The position numbers were made by a program, and so were the translations under genes. Under the pieces are notes generated by a model. It made no database searches. It had not been told where the DNA came from and saw only the letters and a program-made list of their open reading frames with translations. Of a stretch of DNA of 64,000 nt, positions 26,826 to 37,952 are shown piece by piece. Origin of the DNA: Gordius albopunctatus (Eukaryota); the NCBI GenBank assembly GCA_964276515.1, contig OZ193910.1, forward strand, positions 1,550,001-1,614,000. Reading direction: 5' to 3'. Position 1 is the first letter of the stretch. Each line of letters opens with the position of its first letter.

Positions 26826-28319
26826 AGTGAGAGTATAAAAACAAAATACAAACTTTAAATGGCCTTACCATTTCTTCACCCAAACACATGGGGTAGCCAG
26901 CAATAATGATTCAGTGAGGGGAAAAATGATAATTTTTACAAATTTTATCCAGAAGTTTAATAATTTCAGTAAATTTTTGTTAGAAGTGGGCAGCCGCCCC
27001 TTCCTGCCCGCCCCCCTTTTGGGTAAGCCATGCCTATGTCGAATGTTGATTTCAAACTATACCCACATAGTTTTTGATCATAAAAGCATGTATAGAAGGG
27101 AATCGATATAAAGGTAAGTGTGACCTCGGTTCAAAATAGCGCGATCAATTCAATATCAAGGCTTTTATGCGCAATAAACTATTATGCAACTCAAACCTTT
27201 CATCAAACCAAATGACTTCATATATTTTTCTGTAAGTGTTTGGCCCATTTATAATACAAGATCAATGGTTAATGAAATTTGATTATACTTCATAAGAGTT
27301 AAGAATTTTAAGCTTATTAAATCATAAATCTAGATTTTGTCTAAGTAGTTTGCTTGCCCTACCAATCTGGATGTGGAAAATAAGAAAATTGATTTGCACT
27401 AAACCTTACAAGGGCAAAATACCTTTTAAATTTTCAATATATTATCTGTGTACAACCTAATTAAAAAAATTCCTTTAGTTAAATTCCAACAAATGTTTGC
27501 ATCTTGTCTATGAAGGCTCATTTCAACTAAAATGTCATGACAGTTTAATAATAATATTCTTTAAAATATGATGAATTAAGGGTAGAAAGGAAAATTTATA
27601 CTATTTTAAAATGCTAAAGACAATGGTGTCTTTTATAGTTCTTTGATAGAGCCTAAATGAATGTTTACGATTTTTGTAAATGGCAAGCTAATTCAAAAAC
27701 AAAATTTTTGATTATAATTGGTAGAGGAGTTTATTAAATAAATTTAAAGAGCTATAACTAAGCTATGGTTTATTAAATATAAAAGCTCTAGATTCAGGTA
27801 AATGCAATGTTTATCAAATTCAGCCTCAAATAAATAATTTAAATCCAATTGTCTCAATCTTATTTTTTAGTAAGATATTAGTTTTTATCAAAAAGTTAGT
27901 AATTTGTCATTTATAATAGCTAATGTGATTCATCAATGCAATTTATATCATTCAGGGTTCATATGTTGTGCCCTTATAAGTACCTTAACCATCCATAATA
28001 TGGGATTTGAGAACAGACTGTTATTTGACTGAAGAAAACAAGAATAAAAAATTATAATAAAGGTATGTTAGCTAATTTAATGATAAAAATAATTTATTTG
28101 TTTGCAAAATATCAGGTCAAAATAGCATGCAGATATGTAAATATTTTAAAATAATTGAATGTAGGCTAAATAATTTTGGGGATAAAATTGTAGATAATGT
28201 AAAAATGGTTACGAAAAATAATACTTTAGGAATTATATGGCCCAAAACATTAGACAAATTTCAAGTATAGGAGTCAAAAATAAATGGTGCAATAAGGCAT
28301 ATTTTTGGTGATTGAATTT

Positions 28320-28805
28320 TTAACAGTCATTACAAAGACAACAGCATAAGCAAGAGGCACATAAGGCCCATAACCAGCAATCTTTCATTCCAGATTTTTC
28401 TTCTCTGACAATACTATAGATTGAAATTACATACATAATAAGTCTTTAAATTACATGGGAGGTGGTGGGTATCCTTGATTACCATAATATGGTTGTTGTC
28501 CACCATAGGGATTTTGACCATATTCTTATGTAGAGCACAAAATTAGGTGAGAAAAAAGTCATTTAATAGCATGCATAAAATTATTATGATGTAATACATA
28601 ATAACAATTTAGTAAACATAAATTAAATGAACTTACGAGGTTGTTGGGGATAGTATCCACCCGGCTGCATATTATATGGTTGCTGCGGATATTGATTTTG
28701 ATAGTTTGGATAATTGCTTGGGGGTGCCCCTACAGGAGCAGCATAGGCTTGAGTGCTAAAACCCGGTTGAGGCGGCTGACTATCATAAGGAGGAGGTTTT
28801 TCCAT
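28320..28805 (-). CDS. CYSTM1-like Pro/Gln/Tyr-rich protein with C-terminal cysteine-rich transmembrane module
   Basis: Exons 28805-28637, 28524-28455, 28413-28320 give MEKPPPYDSQPPQPG...QYGQNPYGGQQPYYGNQGYPPPPIIVREEKSGMKDCWLWALCASCLCCCLCNDC*. There is also a probable 5'UTR intron donor (CAG|GTAAGA) at about 28870. Confidence 0.85.
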
Positions 28806-29629
28806 TTGATTTAAAACTAAATTTTAGTAAAATAAATAAATTTATTCATTTGCACAATCAAATCTCTTACCTGTTGTCTTCTGTTAAATACTTATGTGAC
28901 TAATGTCCTAGACGTGTAATGTATCCGATAGGAAAATATGAGTTATTACAATCTATAAAAGGTGTATGCTTTTTTCAATTTATAAAGATCCATAATATTA
29001 TCGAATTGTTTCACATTTATTTGGCTAAAATTAAAGTTAATAAAAATTAATATTAATCACTGGTGTGTTTATTTTTTATTTAAAGAAACTTTTTATTAAT
29101 CAAGGCATATATTGATGAAAATAATTTGACTATAAGTAAAATTTTAACTATTTATATTTCCGGGGTTCACACAAATTTTAATTAAATTTATAATTGAATG
29201 GATATTTTTTAAATATTGATAGTAATAATTGAGACAATTGGGGGTATTCAATCTGAGGACATGATTAATGAAAATTGTCGGTGGTATCGGCATTTAATAG
29301 TGCGCATTATGTAAATTGGATAGTATTGCATATTGTTGTGCCAAAGAAGAGAGTAATACTTCGCTCCACGTGGATAGGGGTATGGTAATCAATATAGATT
29401 TGAACATTGCTTTTACTCAAACAAAATGGAAAATACGGATCAAAACAAATCCAACTATTATAGGAAGGAGGTAGCTAGCATTGGGATTAGAGGGGGGCAA
29501 TAATAATTTAAGGAGGGACAAAATAAACTTTTTTTAATCATTTTAATTCATACTTTTAATAAATTTTTGGATTTAGAGTGGGCGGGCAGCCGCCCATCAC
29601 CCCATGGCTATGCCCATGACTATGGGACT

Positions 29630-31068
29630 TGTTGGGGTTGGGAATCATTATTTACTACAGGTTTTGAAGTGATACTGTAGATAGGTAATAGGAGCGCGAA
29701 GTGCCTCCGGGGATATGTTATTTACCGATTTGTTGTCAATTAAATTAACCTTAATTGGTTGTAATTTACATATGCGTTTGATATACACGTTTTACTTATT
29801 TTCTATTATTGTATCGCTTTGAAACGTGTAGTAAATACAGATCTCAAGTCCCTACAGCGGCGTCGTGAAACCTACACGGAGATGCAGAAAAATAAAATAA
29901 CCCCTAACATCGACGCTTTTATAACACGATAAATGGGCCCATCCCGACGGTGTACGCATTCGGCCACAAGGAAATAAAGATCGTAGCCAACGTACAAGCC
30001 GATGTCCGAATGGGGAACACAAGGAAAGAGCTGTCGTTATTGTTAGGAGACGTAGCGGGGCCGCCGTTGTGCGGGATACATTGGATCCAAGAATTCGAGC
30101 CCGAAATCTAGCGTCGGATACGTTGGAACTCGAAAGCTGTGGCCGAACGGTTCGCGGTCAATTACGTGGAAAGACCGAAGGATACCAAGTCCGCGATCCA
30201 GCACGTGATGAAGCAATGGGATGGCCAGCTAAACGAATTCCCAAAAGCAGTCAAGGGAATAACGGTGGAAGTGCCGTTAAAAGAAGCCATAAATCCCGTA
30301 TTTAACCACGCACGAAGGGTGTCGATGGCATGGAAGAAAGAATTAGAAGAAGACTTGAATACTAGCCCCCCATTTATCGTCTCGACCGTTAACGCCAGCT
30401 CTCGTAGGCGGTCCCATTTGATTTCATTTTCTGCCAACAGTCTCGCTTGTAAGCTTCTTCTATCGCGCAATCCTATAATGATTTGGTCAACGATTCTGTT
30501 CTGCAATTCTTCGTTCCCGAAGTTGCAGCTGTTAGATCCGGCCTTGAGTCTATTAGCGTACGCGTCTAGCATCTCTCCCTGGCCTTGTCGAAAATTTGAG
30601 AATTCATATCATACGTCTTTGCCCTCGCGCAGGAATTCCTCTGGAATAGTTTTCTTAGGCGATTTTTCGCATCTTCATATGTAATTCCTGTCAAATCTTA
30701 AGGTCTATAATCATCTAATATTAATTGGAATGCCTCCCCAAAAAGGCTGGTTAATAAAAGAGCCGCTCTTTGCTCATCTGCCTCAGGCTTATTGATCCTT
30801 AGGAATAGCTCAAATTGTGTTATAAAAGCGTCGATGTTAGCCGTTATTTTATATTTCTGCATCTCCGTGTAGGTTTCACGTCGCCACTGTCGGGGCTGGG
30901 AATCTTTATTTACTACAGGCTTCGAAGCGATACAATAATAGAAAGTAAGTAAAACGTGTATATCAAACGCATATGTAAGTTACAACCAATTAACGATAAT
31001 TTGATTGGCAACACATCGGTAAATAACGTATCCCGGGAGGCAGTTCGCACTCCTATTACCTCTCTACA
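29630..31068. mobile_element. Rearranged, nested Ty3/gypsy LTR-retrotransposon relic with two LTRs in inverted orientation
   Basis: 181-bp TGT...ACA LTRs at 29676-29856 (+) and 30888-31068 (-), each followed by a PBS-like G(T/C)GGCG(A/T)CGTG and the same gag start. Minus-strand gag (RQGQGEMLDAYANRLKAGSNSCNF...RIVDQIIIGLRD) meets a plus-strand protease/RT-linker fragment (PVFNHARRVSMAWKKELEEDL) near 30360. A 46-bp LTR end sits at 29630-29675. A 5-bp direct repeat GGACT flanks the whole unit (29625-29629 and 31069-31073). Confidence 0.88.
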
Positions 31069-31612
31069 GGACTATATACGACATATAAAGAGTTTAGTAA
31101 TTTTTGTTCTAGATATAATTAAAAATCTGCGAATAACAATCTCCTATTCAAATCTGTCAATTTATTCAGAATTTATCGTGTGCCATCAAATATTATATAA
31201 ATAGAGGGATAGATTTTTAGCCTTATTCTTAATAATTAACTAAAAATATATTGAAACATAATTCAATACGATTAAAATAGCCACCTAGTTTAACTACATA
31301 TAAATTTAAATATTTATAATCTTTAAATTGATAGTGCCTCTAGTAAATTTTCAAATATATTATGAGAAATTTCGGACAATGGGAGTCATCCATAGCTCAT
31401 TAATTTTTTTAATGACCTTCTCAGGGCAATGATCACAAACATGCGTACTAAAATGACCAGTCTTATGCACGCAACGTGCGACAGGTTAAATATAATACAA
31501 TTTATATAATTCTAGAAAAATATAAGGCATACAAAAATAACACGAGGGGGATTTAATACAATATAGACGATTAAATAAAATATCTAAATCCTTTGGTTCC
31601 TAGAATATCGTG

Positions 31613-34600
31613 CTACATGATTTGGTCTCTTTGAATAACCGTCAAAGGAATATGTTGTTTTTAGCTAACTCGTCCAAAAATGGAGTTATTATTTTACTCG
31701 TAGTAAAATAAAACAAAAGTCCGAAGAATATGGATATAGGCAACGCGGGCAATGGCATTTTGTATATAGCCAACAAGATCAGCGTAAGGCAAAGACCCTA
31801 AATTGAGACACAAACGAAATGTGTTTTAAAAATGATAAAAAATAAATTTAAAGTCAAAAATGGTACTAACTATCAAGATGGCCACGAAACACGTGAGGGT
31901 GGTGTTCCAATCTCCGTACGAAGACGCTTTGCCGACTAGGACGCTATAAAACACCAAATCGCCCAGTCCTATCTTAACACCTCCTAAACATATTGAAAGC
32001 AATAAATTTCATTTGATTTTTTTTGAAATCCAGATGAAAACGCACAATTTATGGATGGATTTATTTATACAGCATAACACGATGAAAGCCTTGATAAAAC
32101 TAGGCTCAAATTCAAAGGGAATTATTCATAATAGCTCTCTAAAAACCTTCCCGTTCTCATCTTCTTTCGGTCTCGAATTTCATTACCCCCTTCTTTAGAT
32201 TAACTTAGGCTAAAATGGTGAAATAGATAGGTTTGTTTAAAGTAATTATGTAGAAGTGGGGAGAAAATTACTGTCTTCTTCGGTTGCTGGGTGCCATTTG
32301 CTATGCCTATTGTCTGAAGATTCCTCGGAGGGTTGTATAACGCGCGTAGTCGTTGTTAGATTGTTAACTATGCTCGTTGTGACATGGTCGTTGCTATTGG
32401 ATGTTGAGGCTGCACTAGTAACTATGGTGTCCATGGCTCTACTTAACCCGGCGCCTCCCATATTAGTATTCCCACGGGGATCGGCGATTGATTGTAATTC
32501 TGATATCGAGCGTTATATATGTTTTCAAAATAACGGAGTTAAAAAGATTTTTTTCCAAAATTTCCAGCTTTTTAGATAAACTTGGTTGAAGAAGCAAAAA
32601 ATGCCAGTTTTAGCCACCATTGAGGTTAAATTCCTAAGGAATTTTAAATTAATATTGCAAAATATTAATAATAGATATAGCTTAAAATAGGTTAAAAAGG
32701 CTATTTTTGCAGCTTTAACCTCGTTTATCTAAAAAGTTGGTATACTAATTCACATATGTTTTTAATCAAAAACCAATTATATATTTTAATCCACATGGTA
32801 TATATAAAACTGATATTACAAATTACGCTATATATTACATTTCTCCCTATTTTAAATGTGAAATTCATCGTAGAACCGTACAGGTGGTTTTGTCGTTCTA
32901 GTCGATCGTCTTAACGTAATCGGACTTGCAATTTTTTCACCATTCGTTTCCAGACTAGTATCGTTAATTTCGACAAACTGGGATTGCATCCTAAATTTTA
33001 AATGATCCGCGTGTTTCCTTTTAATTCCTTTATCAGTGCGAACATTATATGAATATGGGCCTTTACGTTGTATGATAAATCATTTGTACCAGCACGCTTT
33101 AATTTCATTCCGAATCCATACTGGATCTCCAACATTAAATTCTCTATAACACGCTTTTCGGTCATGGTAGTTCTCTTGTTTAGCTAATCTCTCCTTCCAC
33201 TTTTCTTTCGGATCTAGTCGAATAAGATCCAACGCTTTCCTTGCTCTTCTTCCCAACAACAATTCCGCCGGAGCTTTACCCGTGGTAGCCTGAGGTGTAT
33301 TCCTGTATGTCATAATTATTTGTTGAAGCCATAATTCTTTCTCTCCCCCTGATTTTCTTGCCTCCCACTCCCAGTATCTTGATTTTAGCGTTCGAATCAT
33401 TCTCTCAGCTAATCCATTTGTTTTGGGATGGTATGGAGTTGATGTTACGTGCTTAATGTTGTTGTTGTCACAAAATTTTGTGAATTCTTCACCGACAAAT
33501 TGTGGTCCATTATCTAATACTATTTGCAAGGGAATACCGAACCTGCAAAACCAATTTCGTAATTGCCTCACAATTTGTGGTCCTTTAATCGCCGATAGTG
33601 TGGCTACCTCCACCCATTTCGATAATGCATCAATTAGAACCAACCAATAATTTCCTTCGACAGGTCCGGCAATATCTATGTGGATTCGATACCAAAGACG
33701 GTCAGGTACGGACCCAGAATATAAGGGAACTTCTTGTTCGGCTTGTCGGCCTTCTTGACAACCGTCACATTCCTTTACAAAAAGATTTACCTCATAATCT
33801 TTAATACAGCCAGTGGCATCACTGAACACATTGGTATACTTTTCAACCAATTCCACTTCTATGTTTTGAGGTTTTTCTTCTATAACATTAATCTTAACTT
33901 GATGAGGGAGTTTTAGGTTAAAAAGCTTGCATCCAATTTAAACCAAATGTGGGTTCTTCTTTTACAGTTGTTACAATTCAGGATAAAATTAGAAATATTT
34001 GTAGACCTGTGTAATTTTTCTTAATATTAACCAGCATTCCTTGTACTAATCATTTTTATTTAAAAAAATACATATAATATCTAAATTTGTTATAAGAAGG
34101 GGAAAAGGGTGAGAATATTTTATGCTTACCTTGATGAGCTTTATTAGGTGTATCATTAGTTGTCATCAGCCATACCATGGTTGCTATAGTTGAGAATATA
34201 AGTTTACATTTACAGTATATTTTATTAATTAGATTCAAGTATGTAATATTTACATGAATAAATTATTGAAGGAAAAAAGTCATTTCTTTCTTGAGCCATT
34301 TCAACCAATGCTCTCAAAGGCCCTTTTGGACATAGCACAGCAACTAAATCTAATATAATTTTATGATATAAGTTATTTAAAATAAATTTTTTATATGTGC
34401 AAATTTTTGGTAAATATATTATTGTGCTTAAGGCTAAATTATTATTAATTTGTTGACTTAAAAACTATGTTCAATTGATTGTTAAGTCATGTTACTTAAA
34501 TGTTTAAAAAACTAAATAAATATGACATACTATAAGTTCACGCTATAATTTTATTAATATAAATCAAAATATTTGGCATAGATAAAATAAACTGTATCCA

Positions 34601-35657
34601 TATTATATAAAAGACTAAAACATAAGATTTTTTACCCCATATAGACAAAAATGCAAGTAAAACCCATGTAGTCCATTCTGGTAGATATTTGATGAGCAAT
34701 AAGGCAAATAATGCACTATTCACAATCAAATATGCTTGGTGAAGTCTCAAAGGGCCTTTCCAGTGAATAACTAATATACCGGTTCCAGCAAAATTCCATA
34801 TGCAAAATATCATTGAAAAATAATCTATAGGAAAGTTTGCAACAGAAAATATTTGCCTAAAAATTCTGTTTTTAAATAAAGTTAATTTATTTACTCTAGG
34901 TGAATTCCAAAGAAAACAAACATAAGAATCATTGATGCAAATATTAGCCATCCAGTTATAATCTGATAGAACACAAAATTTATTATATTTTATAGAAAAA
35001 AAGATTGAAAGGAATATAAATATACACTGTCAAATATATACCTTCATGCATCTGTATTTATAGAGTAAGACAAAGATTGATGTCACTATAATTATTACCA
35101 CAATAACAATGCTGGCATTAGCAACAGATTGCCAAGCTTTAGTTCCCATGTTATTGGTCTTTTCATGAAATGGTGTATAAATCCTATAAGATTTATATAA
35201 ATTTCTAATAATTTGTACATATAGGAATCCTGAATTTTGTAATAAGGCATATAGGCTAGAGAAATAATCACTAGAAGCATGCAACACACAACTGGTTTGA
35301 ATGTTGCTATGACATGCCCTGCTCCATATTTAATATCAAAGTCATCAGCATCTATTTCTTGATCATTGCTTTGATCTCCCTCACTAAATTTTATTTCATT
35401 TTGCAGGTCAAAAGTATTTGTATCCTTGTCATTTCGCAAAACTCTATAATTTTTTTCTATAGCTGATATTTGATCAACTGAGCCCGGAATCAAAGGATCC
35501 ATTGAATTTAAAGCGGTAGCAGTATTGTCAACTAACTAATAAAGATTTCATTTAATATTATTAAAGTTGTATGAAAGGATAATATTTAATAACTCACTTT
35601 ATTTTGTATTAAAGCTGATGAAGAATCTTTACTGCTAGATGAACCGAGGGAGCTCAT
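31613..35657 (-). CDS. PSEN: Presenilin (gamma-secretase catalytic subunit)
   Basis: Exons (minus): 35657-35598, 35531-35219, 35183-35042, 34962-34895, 34856-34636, 34349-34254, 34183-34130, (possible 34045-34007), 32499-32272, 31983-31871, 31797-31613. Motifs: [46 protein letters not shown], catalytic [16 protein letters not shown] and [17 protein letters not shown], and PLPALPISI. Confidence 0.95.
32740..33977 (-). mobile_element. Degenerate Ty3/gypsy element, copy 2, inside a presenilin intron
   Basis: 258-aa integrase ORF 33080-33856 ([41 protein letters not shown]). PPT ATAGGGAGAAA is followed by LTR start TGTAATATATAGCG at 32839. Closely similar to copy 1. Confidence 0.9.
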
Positions 35658-36122
35658 GACTTTAGTTTAGGTATGGATTATATCCGAGCATGGGCATATC
35701 ATATGATGATCAGCCTCATGAAAACTGATTACAAAGATGTCACATGTAAACACAACGCATGTAAATAAACAACCCTTAATCTTCCTTTGATTCCAATACT
35801 AATATTAGATTATAGGCGAATTATAAGAGATTAAAAGAGTTAAATGGCAGCATAGCCACTTTTATTGTTTATTTATTAATGAGCTCCTAAGGTCGTAAAT
35901 TTAAAAATCTTTTTTACTCCCACACATTTATTACTCATCAGTTAGTTATTATTACAATTGCAGTTAGTGGATATAAAAATCACAGACAAAATTTTAATTA
36001 TATCTCAGATTCATATAATTTTTAAAGCGTTTAAACTGAACATTAAACGTGTCGGAGTTCGGAGACGGAGTTTAAAAGGGTATTGGGTTTAGGTTTAAAA
36101 TTCAACAATTATAGACTAAAAT

Positions 36123-36806
36123 TAGAGCTGTTAATCGCGCCTAAAATTCGGTGCGGCACTCGCACCGCAAATCCGGTGCGCGCACTCGCACCCATAATTT
36201 TTTACACTCTATCTAAATTCTAAATATATTACAATGTTCAATTAAAAACTTTTATTATGCCGATTTATTATAATTATAAAAATAATAAAGATACAGAAAA
36301 AACAATTAAAATCGCATTTTAATGACATTCATCATTAAAAGCATTTCGAGGTGACTATCTGTCAGAAATATTACAATATTGTTAATTATTTATCCTAATT
36401 ACCTGTCTGTTTTTGTTTTTCTAATCATACTTCAACTTCTATTGCGATATTAATTATGATACAGCAAAACGTTTTAAGCAATAATTGATAAAGGAATAGG
36501 CGATAATATAAAATATGGAGGATATATTAATTAATTATATTGTCTATCGATGTTAATTAAATTTCCCGCCTTGTTATCTCCTCCACCAGGAACATAAATG
36601 TATCTTTGATGTTTGTTCACTACAATGTTAATTTGTGAGATATGCTATGCGATATATAAGATAATTGTCAAATATATTAATTGTAAAATTCTTAATGTGC
36701 GCAAAATAGGAGCGCAATTTCGCACGCGCACCGAGTGAATAAGGTGCGCGCACTCGCACTCGCTCTTGGTTTTAAAAAAGTGCGCGCACCATAACAGCTC
36801 TGTCTG
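36123..36806. mobile_element. hAT-type MITE upstream of presenilin
   Basis: TIR TAGAGCTGTTA...TAACAGCTCTG, subterminal GCGCACTCGCAC repeats and 8-bp TSD ACTAAAAT (36115-36122, 36807-36814). Confidence 0.85.
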
Positions 36807-37952
36807 ACTAAAATTTTATTATTTTGCTAATCTTCTTATTATAATTTATCATTGAGTTAAAATTAACAAAATAAAACTATTTTTTGAGTTTCATTTTCTT
36901 AATTTTAGATTTATCTCTAATCCTTATTATATATGTAATTAGATTAATATGTTGATTTCAATAAAATTTAGAACTTATTTATGAAAATCACTTAAGTATT
37001 CGATATTTTTGTTCCCAATATTTAAGCCGTAGAATTTTTTTAAATACAAACAGATATGGCTTTACCTACCATTTATTTTAGTAAGCGCAACCATTTTCAA
37101 AAATGCGTTTCTTATAATTACCATTACAAACACGTTCTGTAATTTGTTTGTTTATGTGGCAAGAATAGCCATTTGTAAAACAACATGGATGAGAAATGTA
37201 AGAAACAAACAAGATGGTATGCCTATATCTAAAAAAAACGCGAATTTTTTAAGAGTTTTATTCCAATAAACAAAGTAATAAAATCTTAATAATATATATA
37301 CTAAAAAATCTAATAGATACAATAAAATAAATAATGAATAGTAAAAATATAAAAAATAAAGCATTATTCATTATTTTAATTTTAAAAAAAAATTACCAAA
37401 TTTTAGCTATCACCAAATTATCAACTCTACTAAATAGTTGAAATATATTACTTATCAATACTACTTTGTTTATTCACATCTCACATGTAATTACAAACTT
37501 ACATTATCCGACTGAATTTTATTATAATGTAAAGGTGTTGAAAGTACGCTACAATAGTTTTTTTAATGAATGAAAAAAGGGAAAGTGATAATGCTTTTTC
37601 TAGCTACGATAATATTTAAAATAATGATTTTTACATATCGAATCTTATTCCCGCATGATAACAATAATGATGGTTTTCTAACGCACAGATGTCTTTTTCT
37701 TCTTCGATGGTAATTAAACGTATAGTATACAAAGGCGATAGATGCACATAGATGAGCATAAAAATAGACATTAACCTATATAGGATAGGATATAGAATAT
37801 ATACAAATCAAAAATGCCAAGTGGCGTGAGTACTACAGTTATATTATGTGAATTAGTATTTAAATAAAATAAATTATTTTTTGTAACAATTCAAAGGTTA
37901 ATGTCTTCAAAATTACGTTTCATGTGCTTATTTTGGCAACGTATTAATTAAG

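Noticed and set aside
32564..32740. Imperfect ~40-bp inverted repeat in a presenilin intron
   Set aside because: It looks like ordinary fold-back transposon debris; no TSD or function is evident.
34340..34640. Presenilin catalytic motif WD instead of YD
   Set aside because: WD is the normal state in fly and nematode presenilins.
35700..35730. C/D-box-like ATGATGA...CTGA
   Set aside because: The boxes are too close together and lie in the presenilin 5' region; likely chance.
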